Positions 18,503 through 26,221 of a stretch of 38,369 bases of DNA are shown here, piece by piece (position 1 is the first letter of the stretch; the number at the start of each line of letters is the position of its first letter). The DNA is from an uncultured Bacilli bacterium (GTDB lineage: Bacteria; Bacillota_I; Bacilli_A; RF39; UBA660). A program made the position numbers and the translations under genes. Under the pieces are notes generated by a model, which did no database searches, was not told where the DNA came from, and worked only from the letters and a program-made list of their open reading frames with translations. The stretch covers positions 1 through 38,369 of the forward strand of contig CANRCI010000002.1 in NCBI GenBank assembly GCA_947629075.1, given 5' to 3'.

Positions 18503-19189
18503 ATGAAAAAGAATGATAAAAAATGGTACAAATCAGTTAGCAATTGGATATTTATACTTGTTTGTATAATTCTATTGCCAATTTTGTTAATGAATATTTG
18601 GATAATGGTCCAAGCAAAAAATGAACCGGATAAAATACCTAACGTATTTGGTTATAAACCTTTTATAGTTTTATCAGGTTCAATGGAAACAGAGATTTAT
18701 AAAGGTGATTTAGTAATTGCTAAAATGATTGATCCTAAAGAATTAAAAGTTGATGATATCATAGCATTCAGAGATCAAGAAAATACAGTTACAACCCACC
18801 GAATTATTGATATTGTAGAAGATGATGGTGAGACATTCTTTATCACAAAAGGTGATAACAACAACACTCAAGACCAAAATCTAGTTGAATACGAAGATGT
18901 CGAAGGAATTTATGTCTTACGTGTTCCTGGTGTTGGTAACTTAATGAATAGTCTTTCTGAAACAACTACAGTTGTAATAATAATAATGGGAATAACGATA
19001 ATATTTATCTTAGGTTTCTCAATCTCTAATAGAAAAGAGAGAAAAAAGGAAAGAGAAGAATATTTAGAATACAAGAAGATGAAAGAACAAGAGGAAAAAG
19101 AAAAACAACGAGAAGAAAAGCCGAAGGCTAAAAAGACAACGACCCCAAAGAAGACAACGAAGAAAAAGACAGATAAAAAGTCAAAATAA
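18503..19189 (+). CDS. sipW: ER/archaeal-type signal peptidase I (SipW-like), copy A, with Lys-rich C-terminal tail
   Basis: N-terminal TM, LSGSMETEIYKGDLV (Ser box), TTHRIIDI (His box), ITKGDNNNTQD, a C-terminal TM, then a charged tail of about 55 aa (RKERKKEREEY...KKTTKKKTDKKSK). Confidence 0.85.
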   Translation: MKKNDKKWYKSVSNWIFILVCIILLPILLMNIWIMVQAKNEPDKIPNVFGYKPFIVLSGSMETEIYKGDLVIAKMIDPKELKVDDIIAFRDQENTVTTHRIIDIVEDDGETFFITKGDNNNTQDQNLVEYEDVEGIYVLRVPGVGNLMNSLSETTTVVIIIMGITIIFILGFSISNRKERKKEREEYLEYKKMKEQEEKEKQREEKPKAKKTTTPKKTTKKKTDKKSK

Positions 19190-19298
19190 ATTTTGGTAAA
19201 CTGCTTTTTAAGCGTTTACATAGATTATAGGAATAGCATAAATTCCTATGCATAAAAATTTATGCGATTTAATACACAGGTGGGGGGAGGTGAAAAAT

Positions 19299-19898
19299 AT
19301 GAAAAAGAAAATAATCGCTATATTCGCTCTATTATTTGCTGTTGTATTAACTGGATCTTCAGTTAGTGGAACATATGCAAAATATGTAAGTGAGGTAAAA
19401 GGAACTTCTGACGAGGCAAGAGTAGCAAAATGGTCTTTTAAGGTTAATAATGAGGAGACAACTGCATCAAAAACTTTTACATTTAACTTGTTTGATACAA
19501 TAAAAGATACTGGTGATGCTCAAGAAGATGATGTTAAGTCAGGAAAGATTATAGCTCCAGGTACTGAAGGAAGTTTCAAATTGAGTTTGAAAAACGAATC
19601 AGAAGTAAATGCAAACATCAAAATAGATTATACAGTAACTAATAATAATGAAATTCCAATAGAATTTAGTACAGATAAAAAGAATTGGAAGGATACTTTA
19701 GATGCTTTACCAGAAGAAGAAATAGCTATGGAAAGTGGTACGAAAGATGTTACTGTTTATTGGAGATGGACTTATGACCCAAGCAGTGGGGGGGATACAC
19801 GTACTTCTGACACTGATGAAACAGATACCACTCTAGGTCAAGCTGGAGAGGCTAAAGTTAAGGTTGAAGCTAAGATTACTGTTACTCAAAAAGATTAA
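19299..19898 (+). CDS. Secreted TasA/camelysin-like small subunit P1 (SipW-dependent-type signal peptide)
   Basis: MKKKIIAIFALLFAVVLTGSSVSGTYAKYVSE; a beta-rich, Cys-free mature part with IIAPGTEGSFKLSLKNESEV and VYWRWTYD. Strong RBS GGGGGGAGGTG 7 nt before ATG 19299. The track's ATG at 19248 lies inside upstream hairpins. Confidence 0.75.
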   Translation: MKKKIIAIFALLFAVVLTGSSVSGTYAKYVSEVKGTSDEARVAKWSFKVNNEETTASKTFTFNLFDTIKDTGDAQEDDVKSGKIIAPGTEGSFKLSLKNESEVNANIKIDYTVTNNNEIPIEFSTDKKNWKDTLDALPEEEIAMESGTKDVTVYWRWTYDPSSGGDTRTSDTDETDTTLGQAGEAKVKVEAKITVTQKD

Positions 19899-19910
19899 TG
19901 CAATTAAAAT

Positions 19911-19970
19911 GAAAGTTAAATTTATTTAACTTTCAAATAAGTCCATGAGAAATCGTGGATTTATTTGAAA
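19911..19970 (+). promoter_or_regulatory. Two overlapping stem-loops between P1 and P2 (partial terminator or RNA-stability element)
   Basis: GAAAGTTAAA-TTTA-TTTAACTTTC (19911-19934) and TTTCAAATAAGTCCA-N10-TGGATTTATTTGAAA (19931-19970, one G-T pair). The arms share TTTC. Neither has a clean U-tract. Confidence 0.5.
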
Positions 19971-20003
19971 ATTAAAATCAAATTAGAAGGGAGTAGAGGG
20001 ATA

Positions 20004-23000
20004 ATGAATAAGTCTAATAATGATGAAAAAAGAAGATTTAAAATGATCATTATGATGTTAATTATTATTATCATTATTCTTTTACTTATAACTAGTTGTA
20101 ATTCTAAATATTGGGGTAGAATTGGTGAATACATTAATGAAACAGAAGTAGATTTAGATGATGATAGTGGCGAAAGAGATGTTATTTTAAATAAAAATTT
20201 AAGATTTGATGATGATAAATTTAATTTATATTTGAGCGATGTTGATGGTAGGTTGTCTTTTCACTATACAAATATTAAGCCTACTAATCTTACGTGTACT
20301 ACTAGTGATTCTGATATAGCAACTTGTTTTGTTAAAGATGGTTATGTAGTAGTTCATCCCAAAGATACTGGTGATATCGATGTTGTTGTAGAAGGTCTTG
20401 CTAATGGAAAGAAATATCGAGCTAAATCAAAGGTAAAAGTTAAAGACTCTAAACCGTATATAAGTTTATCTAGTAAACGTGGAACTATTAATCTTAAAGG
20501 TAATAAAAAAATAATTGTGTCTTATAGATTAGTAGGAATATCTGGTAATGTAACTGTTGATATTGATAACGATTCTATAGCTGATGTCAGTGTTAAGAAT
20601 GGAGTTCTTACAGTCGTTGGTAAGAAAGTAGGAAAAGCTAAGATTACAGTATCTGTTAAACGCAATTCCAAGACTTATAAAGATACATATAATTTAACAG
20701 TTATTAATACGACTAATAAAAAGAAATCTTCTAAGAGTAGTGATAGTTCATTAAAAAGCTTATCTTCCTCAAAAGGGAGGGTTAAGCTTAAGAGTGGAGT
20801 TTATGATTATTATGTTTCAGTAGATAATAGTGTTAAAAATTTAGATATTGATGCTGTACCTCGTGATAGCAAAGCTAAAGTTAAATATAAAGTAAATGGT
20901 AAAGTAGTAGATAATTTAAATGATGTTGAATTAAAAGTTGGTAACAATAAAATAGAAATAGTGGTTATAGCTGAAGATGGAAGTAGTACTACTTATCATG
21001 TTAATGTTAATAGATCTAAGCCTAGTAAATCTAGTAATAATTCATTATCTGAATTAAAAGTAAGTGAAGGTAGTTTGAGCCCTAAATTTAATGAGAAAGT
21101 TTTAGATTATCATGTTACTGTTGACTCTAGTGTTGATAGTATCGATATATATCCTAAAGTAAAAGATAAAAAAGCTAAAGTTAAATATAGATATAAGGGT
21201 AGAGAAGTAGAATCTCTTGAAGATTTACCACTAGAATTTGGTGATAATAAAGTTGAAATTTTGGTTACTAGTGAAAGTGGAGAAACTAAGAAATACACAG
21301 TTACTGTGGAAAAAAAGAAAAGCGATGACAACTATTTAAAAGATTTAGATGTATCTAGTGGTTCAGAATTGAAGTTTGATAAAAACACTAATAGTTATAC
21401 TGTTAATGTTCCTTATGATCAAGATACAATAACTGTTACTAGTGATGTTGAAGATTCTAAAAGTAAAACTAGTTATAAATTTAATGGTAAAGAAGTAGAA
21501 TCTCTTGAAGATTTAGAGCTAAACCCTGGAGATAATGAAGTAGAAGTTACAGTTACTAGTGAAAGTGGTAAAAAGAGAACTTATAAAGTTACTATTCATA
21601 AAGCTGTTAGAACTGTAGAATTTGATAGTAGTAGTTATACATTGGATATAGAAAATACTGGTATATTAGTTTATCGTGTCTATGAAGATGGTGTTCTTTT
21701 ATCTGATGATCAATATGATAAAGATGATATAGATTTTACTATTGAAGGATATCAAGGTACGATTGAAAAACACAATGGTTATATTTCGTTGATACCTGAT
21801 CCAAGTATGGCTGATGAAACTAAGAAAGCAACTATTCAATATGCTGGTTCAAGTTCTAGTGCTGATGTTACATTTAGGTACGTTGAACACTTTGTAAATT
21901 CACCAGTTGATGAATATGATGTCGATTTTACTGGTGATAATAATGAAAGAAGTTTTGTTCTACACAATAACATGTTTAGTGGAAATGTTAAGAGTAAGAG
22001 ATTGAACGATAGAACTATTCGTGTTTATGAAGAAGGAAACGAAGATATTTATATTGATATAGAATATGATCCTGATGAATTAGAAATAGAATCAGTTGAA
22101 GGTAGTACTTCAGTATCAGTAACAGTTAAACCTAAGAAATCTGGAAAGCTTAAATTAGGTGTAAGTGGATATTATAAAGGTGTTCCTGTTAATTCATTTC
22201 CAATTATAATAAATTCTATTATGAAATATATATTGAAATTGGATGCGAATGGTGGATATTTTGATCAATTTACTACTTATTATGAATTTGCATTAGAAGA
22301 AGATACAAACTTCGATTTAACTGATTACTTTGATGGTTATTATGAAGATGAAGATTGCTTACATTATCAGTTAGAATCTTTTAATACTTCCAAAGATGGT
22401 TCTGGTACTAAGTACGATTTTGATAATAAAAATATTGTGATAAAAGAAGACACAGTATTGTATGCGATTTATTCTAAAGATCCAATTGATGAACCGATCG
22501 AAGAAGAATACAATTATTACTTAGTCGATGTTGATTTATTCCATAATGAAGAGTATTTCCAAAAATATAATCGTGATAAAATTATTTATCCTGGTGCGAC
22601 TGGTTTTTATAAAATGACATTTGATAATAATACATCTTCTGATATAGAGATAACAAGTGTTACTTTAGAAGAAGATACTATTTGTGTTGATGAAGATGGT
22701 GTTAAGGGTTGTCTTAATATGGGATATGCTGTAAGAGATTATGAAGGTAATTACTATTTAGGTGGTAATAATAATTACAGTATTGTAAATAGGAAAGCTG
22801 ATGAAGTAGATGGTTATCATACTAAAAAAGTTATTACATTTAAGGATCCGATTACTTTAAATCATGGAGCATCAACTGAAATACATCTATTGTGGCAGTG
22901 GGTTGATTTTGATGATGATGGACCTAATGATAAATTAGATACTAAGATTGGTGATTATGCTGGTAATAAACTTAATGACATGTATCAGTTAACAGTTAGT

Positions 23001-23048
23001 ATTCAATTTAATAAAACCAAGACAACTTGTGATAAGAATGGTGGTTAA
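20004..23048 (+). CDS. Large multidomain surface protein P2: Big_2-like x2, cadherin-like beta-sandwich x3, Listeria-Bacteroides-type repeat, P1-like C-terminal domain
   Basis: ATG 20004 follows GAAGGGAG/AGAGGG. N-terminus MNKSNNDEKRRFKMIIMMLIIIIIILLLITSCNSKYW. Big_2-like SDSDIATCFVKDGYVVVHPKDTGDIDVVV and NDSIADVSVKNGVLTVVGKKVGKAKITV. Three units of SL(S/K)xLxVSxG...Y.V.V...TYxVxV. LKLDANGGYF...DGSGTKYDF...DTVLYAIY. The C-terminus parallels P1. The track's TTG at 19965 lies inside a hairpin. Confidence 0.75.
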   Translation: MNKSNNDEKRRFKMIIMMLIIIIIILLLITSCNSKYWGRIGEYINETEVDLDDDSGERDVILNKNLRFDDDKFNLYLSDVDGRLSFHYTNIKPTNLTCTTSDSDIATCFVKDGYVVVHPKDTGDIDVVVEGLANGKKYRAKSKVKVKDSKPYISLSSKRGTINLKGNKKIIVSYRLVGISGNVTVDIDNDSIADVSVKNGVLTVVGKKVGKAKITVSVKRNSKTYKDTYNLTVINTTNKKKSSKSSDSSLKSLSSSKGRVKLKSGVYDYYVSVDNSVKNLDIDAVPRDSKAKVKYKVNGKVVDNLNDVELKVGNNKIEIVVIAEDGSSTTYHVNVNRSKPSKSSNNSLSELKVSEGSLSPKFNEKVLDYHVTVDSSVDSIDIYPKVKDKKAKVKYRYKGREVESLEDLPLEFGDNKVEILVTSESGETKKYTVTVEKKKSDDNYLKDLDVSSGSELKFDKNTNSYTVNVPYDQDTITVTSDVEDSKSKTSYKFNGKEVESLEDLELNPGDNEVEVTVTSESGKKRTYKVTIHKAVRTVEFDSSSYTLDIENTGILVYRVYEDGVLLSDDQYDKDDIDFTIEGYQGTIEKHNGYISLIPDPSMADETKKATIQYAGSSSSADVTFRYVEHFVNSPVDEYDVDFTGDNNERSFVLHNNMFSGNVKSKRLNDRTIRVYEEGNEDIYIDIEYDPDELEIESVEGSTSVSVTVKPKKSGKLKLGVSGYYKGVPVNSFPIIINSIMKYILKLDANGGYFDQFTTYYEFALEEDTNFDLTDYFDGYYEDEDCLHYQLESFNTSKDGSGTKYDFDNKNIVIKEDTVLYAIYSKDPIDEPIEEEYNYYLVDVDLFHNEEYFQKYNRDKIIYPGATGFYKMTFDNNTSSDIEITSVTLEEDTICVDEDGVKGCLNMGYAVRDYEGNYYLGGNNNYSIVNRKADEVDGYHTKKVITFKDPITLNHGASTEIHLLWQWVDFDDDGPNDKLDTKIGDYAGNKLNDMYQLTVSIQFNKTKTTCDKNGG
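20740..21605 (+). repeat. Three tandem cadherin-like beta-sandwich coding repeats (about 288-nt period)
   Basis: Identical 24-nt run GAAGTAGAATCTCTTGAAGATTTA at 21204-21227 and 21492-21515 (288 nt apart). GTTACTAGTGAAAGTGG is also shared. Confidence 0.85.
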
Positions 23049-23049
23049 G

Positions 23050-23625
23050 ATGAAGAAGTTAAAAAGAATAATAACTGGTGTTGTAGGAGTTATCTTAGCG
23101 CTTATCTTGTTGTTCAACATCTACAATTTCATCAACATAAAAATATTGAAAAATGACCTAACCACAGTCTTTGGTTATTCAGTGTTAGAAGTAGTATCTG
23201 GTTCGATGGAACCAACTATTAAAAAAGGTGATTTGATAATTATCAAAGTCAAAAACTTTGAATATCACCCAGGGGATATTGTGACTTTCACTGATGTCGA
23301 AGGTTCATTTGTAACCCACAGAATTGTAATGTTACAAAGAGATAAGATGACTACTAAAGGTGATAACAACAATACTGAAGATGAAAGCTTGCCAGCTAAA
23401 AACATCATTGGTAAATATATGTTTAGAATTGCTGGATTTGGAACTATATTACAAACGATAAAAAATCCTGTCGTAAGCATTATGATATTTGTAATTGGTG
23501 TTCTAATATGCTATGTCTTGGTCGATAATGAAGAGAATAAAGTTGTACCTTTAGAAGAACAAGCTGAATACGATAAATATTTAGTTGAGAAAAAGAAAAA
23601 TAGACAAAATAAAAAGAAAAGGTGA
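23050..23625 (+). CDS. sipW: ER/archaeal-type signal peptidase I (SipW-like), copy B
   Basis: VVSGSMEPTIKKGDLI, VTHRIVML, TTKGDNNNTED, C-terminal TM and a short KKKNRQNKKKR tail. ATG 23050 lies 1 nt after the P2 stop and 5 nt after GGTGG. Confidence 0.85.
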   Translation: MKKLKRIITGVVGVILALILLFNIYNFINIKILKNDLTTVFGYSVLEVVSGSMEPTIKKGDLIIIKVKNFEYHPGDIVTFTDVEGSFVTHRIVMLQRDKMTTKGDNNNTEDESLPAKNIIGKYMFRIAGFGTILQTIKNPVVSIMIFVIGVLICYVLVDNEENKVVPLEEQAEYDKYLVEKKKNRQNKKKR

Positions 23626-23630
23626 AAATT

Positions 23631-24266
23631 ATGAAAGGATTATTACATAGTAAAAGATTTCGCAAAAACTTATCTAAATGGTTATTTATGTATATAGGAA
23701 CTATGCTTCTATTTACTACTGTAATAACCTATTCTAAATACATCAGTAGTATGATGAGTAGCGATGGAGCACGAGTTGCTAAATTCGATGTTTCAGTCGT
23801 ATCTGATAAGTGTTCATCTACTGAGAATGGCAGTTTGGAATGTAATACTGGTAAGTATCGTCCAACTCAAGAGATAAAATATTATTTTACTCTAAAAGCA
23901 AATGTTGAAGTTAAAACCGATATATATTTAACAGTATTTTTAAATAATTCATTCAAGATGATTAGTGTTAAAGAAGTTGGAAATGCAACTCCTGAAAGTA
24001 TTGTTTGTAACACTGGAGATGTGAGTGATCGAACGATTGCTGGATATACGAGATGTAAATTTAAAGCTAAAGAATTTGCTTTAGACCAAGAACAAAAAGA
24101 GAGAAAATATGAAGTAACAGTTAAGTTCGATAATACTTATTGTTCTAACAAAGAAAGTGAGTATTATTGTAATCAAAATAAAGACCCAGAGGATTATAAG
24201 AGTGTTACTAATGATTTATACAATATATTGCGAGTTGACTATGCAGCAACTCAGGTAAAAAATTAG
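23631..24266 (+). CDS. Secreted TasA-like small subunit P3 (P1 paralog with three Cys pairs)
   Basis: LFMYIGTMLLFTTVITYSKYISSMMSSDGARVAKF parallels P1 GTYAKYVSEVKGTSDEARVAKW. YYFTLKANVEVKTDIYL parallels P1 FKLSLKNESEVNANIKI. ATG 23631 lies 6 nt after AAAGGTGA. Confidence 0.7.
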   Translation: MKGLLHSKRFRKNLSKWLFMYIGTMLLFTTVITYSKYISSMMSSDGARVAKFDVSVVSDKCSSTENGSLECNTGKYRPTQEIKYYFTLKANVEVKTDIYLTVFLNNSFKMISVKEVGNATPESIVCNTGDVSDRTIAGYTRCKFKAKEFALDQEQKERKYEVTVKFDNTYCSNKESEYYCNQNKDPEDYKSVTNDLYNILRVDYAATQVKN

Positions 24267-24278
24267 AGGGGGATTATA

Positions 24279-26015
24279 ATGGAGTTTACTGATATATTAA
24301 AAAAACGAGCTATCATTGATAAAATTATCTTTTATGCATTAGCTTTCATATTCATTGGCAATATTATTGTTGTTACTCCTACTTGCTCTAAGTATGTTTC
24401 TGAAAAGTCTGATGCGGTGATATATAACAATAATCTTTATACTGTCAATAAAGGTAATCTTGCAATTCACTATGAGGAAAATTTATCTGAAAGTGATGTA
24501 TTGGTTGCTACTTTTCGTTTATCTCCAAATGATATTGGGGTAGCTCATGAAGACGATAAATATATGATTAGTTTTACTGATGGATGTACTTTATCAATTT
24601 ATGATGGAGATGAAAATGTAATTAGTAATAGTTCTGATTATAAAGAAATGAAAGTATCCGGAGAAGTTATTATACTTGCTACTTGTCCAGTTGCAACTTC
24701 TGATATTAAAGATGGTAATAGATATAAAGTTGAAGCCTCTATTCGTGAACAGGCAAATAATGAAGATGTATTTGTATATCAGAGTGGTTATGCTGTAGTT
24801 GCTAGCTTACCTCAAAAGGAAGAAACTGGGACTACTAAGAAGGTAGTTACTGGTGAAGGTGTTAATGTCTATGGAGAATTAAAAAAATGGTTATTTAGTT
24901 ACACAGATCAAAATTATAGTGATCAAACAGCCTCTGAGTTTAAAAGATTAATTGAACAATATATAGCAAAGTATGAAAGTAATGTTTTTGATGATGGTTT
25001 ACCAGGATTAAAGATTGAAAAACAGAGTGATGGTTATTTATTTACAATAGAGGATAACTTGTTTGGTTATGCTAGAACGTATGATGATTATTTACTTGGC
25101 AGAAGTGTTAAGACGTTTTATTTTCATACTGATAATGAGGATGCCAAACGTGAAGCTTTTGATTATTATTTAGAAAATTATACCGGTTTAAGCGCTAGTG
25201 ATGTTGTGACTGTTAAAAAATATTTAGAGTTAAATAATTTTGACATCATTACTTATCTAGCGACTGGGACTCCAGCAATTACTGGTTTGAGCAGAGGATC
25301 ATCAGGTGAAGAAAATATTGGTGTTATGGTTTCTAGATTGTTGAGTGCAGCTCAGGCAGCTTTCCCTACTGGTGATGAAGGAGCTAGGGACGATGGACCT
25401 TCTATTGAAGAACCTACAAATCCAACTCAACCTGTTGAACCAGATGAACCTGAAGTAACTGATCCACCATTTGATAATTCATCTATTCCATTTGGAACAA
25501 GAGAAGAAATGATTAAATATTTTGAAAGTTATATGAACAATATTAAAACAACTCATCCTGAATATAACATTTCAGAAGAAACGATAAATAGTATTATTTC
25601 TAATCAAGATATTGTTGAATCAGCTGTTAAAAATAACACTGAGTCAGGAGTAACAGGAGCATTTAATGATTACTTTAACATCGTTGATGGTAATCAATAT
25701 TTACTCGTTAAAGTTTATTCTGATGGAGTATCTAACAATATGTTAGAAATCAAAGAAACTGGTATTAGTACTGATATGGTAAGTACCTTTGAAATAATTA
25801 ATAATCCTGATAATACTTTAAATGTTAATTTTAAATTTACAGCTTTAGATTTAGAAAACATCGAAGTTACCGAAGAAGAAATAGCTAAAGTAAAAGAAAT
25901 AGTTACTTTACTAGATAAGACATTTGAAGTAAATAATCTTGATGATTTAGATACCACTGAAATACTTAAAAATGAAGGGGTTATTGAATTTAGTTATCAA
26001 ATTCAAAATCAATAG
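24279..26015 (+). CDS. Exported or membrane-anchored 578-aa protein P4, unknown function
   Basis: N-terminal TM IIFYALAFIFIGNIIVVTPTCSKYVSE with the shared SKY motif; internal Pro-rich linker EEPTNPTQPVEPDEPEVTDPP. RBS AGAGGGGGA. No recognisable domain. Confidence 0.65.
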   Translation: MEFTDILKKRAIIDKIIFYALAFIFIGNIIVVTPTCSKYVSEKSDAVIYNNNLYTVNKGNLAIHYEENLSESDVLVATFRLSPNDIGVAHEDDKYMISFTDGCTLSIYDGDENVISNSSDYKEMKVSGEVIILATCPVATSDIKDGNRYKVEASIREQANNEDVFVYQSGYAVVASLPQKEETGTTKKVVTGEGVNVYGELKKWLFSYTDQNYSDQTASEFKRLIEQYIAKYESNVFDDGLPGLKIEKQSDGYLFTIEDNLFGYARTYDDYLLGRSVKTFYFHTDNEDAKREAFDYYLENYTGLSASDVVTVKKYLELNNFDIITYLATGTPAITGLSRGSSGEENIGVMVSRLLSAAQAAFPTGDEGARDDGPSIEEPTNPTQPVEPDEPEVTDPPFDNSSIPFGTREEMIKYFESYMNNIKTTHPEYNISEETINSIISNQDIVESAVKNNTESGVTGAFNDYFNIVDGNQYLLVKVYSDGVSNNMLEIKETGISTDMVSTFEIINNPDNTLNVNFKFTALDLENIEVTEEEIAKVKEIVTLLDKTFEVNNLDDLDTTEILKNEGVIEFSYQIQNQ

Positions 26016-26038
26016 GAACAATTAGTTCCTATTTTTTG
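26011..26038 (+). terminator. Intrinsic terminator closing the surface locus
   Basis: AATAGGAAC-AATTA-GTTCCTATT plus T-run. Confidence 0.8.
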
Positions 26039-26052
26039 TTTTAAAAAAAGTC

Positions 26053-26081
26053 TTGTCAAAACAATATTTATATGTTATTAT
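26053..26081 (+). promoter_or_regulatory. Sigma-A-type promoter with extended -10
   Basis: TTGTCA (26053-26058), 17-nt spacer ending TGt, TATTAT (26076-26081). Confidence 0.65.
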
Positions 26082-26111
26082 CGATTTGAATTTAAGGAGA
26101 GGAGTGGGAAC

Positions 26112-26207
26112 ATGAGAAATATTAAATTAATTAACAATTTACGATTTATTGAGTTCGATGTTATAGTGGTACACATGGGAATATTTTTGATTTCCCATAT
26201 CTTTTAA
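26112..26207 (+). CDS. 31-codon leader or small hydrophobic peptide ORF
   Basis: AAGGAGAGGAG RBS upstream; encodes MRNIKLINNLRFIEFDVIVVHMGIFLISHIF, stop TAA. Below the track's size cutoff. Sits between the promoter and a terminator that precedes the ABC gene. Confidence 0.45.
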   Translation: MRNIKLINNLRFIEFDVIVVHMGIFLISHIF

Positions 26208-26221
26208 TAGTCTAAATATTG

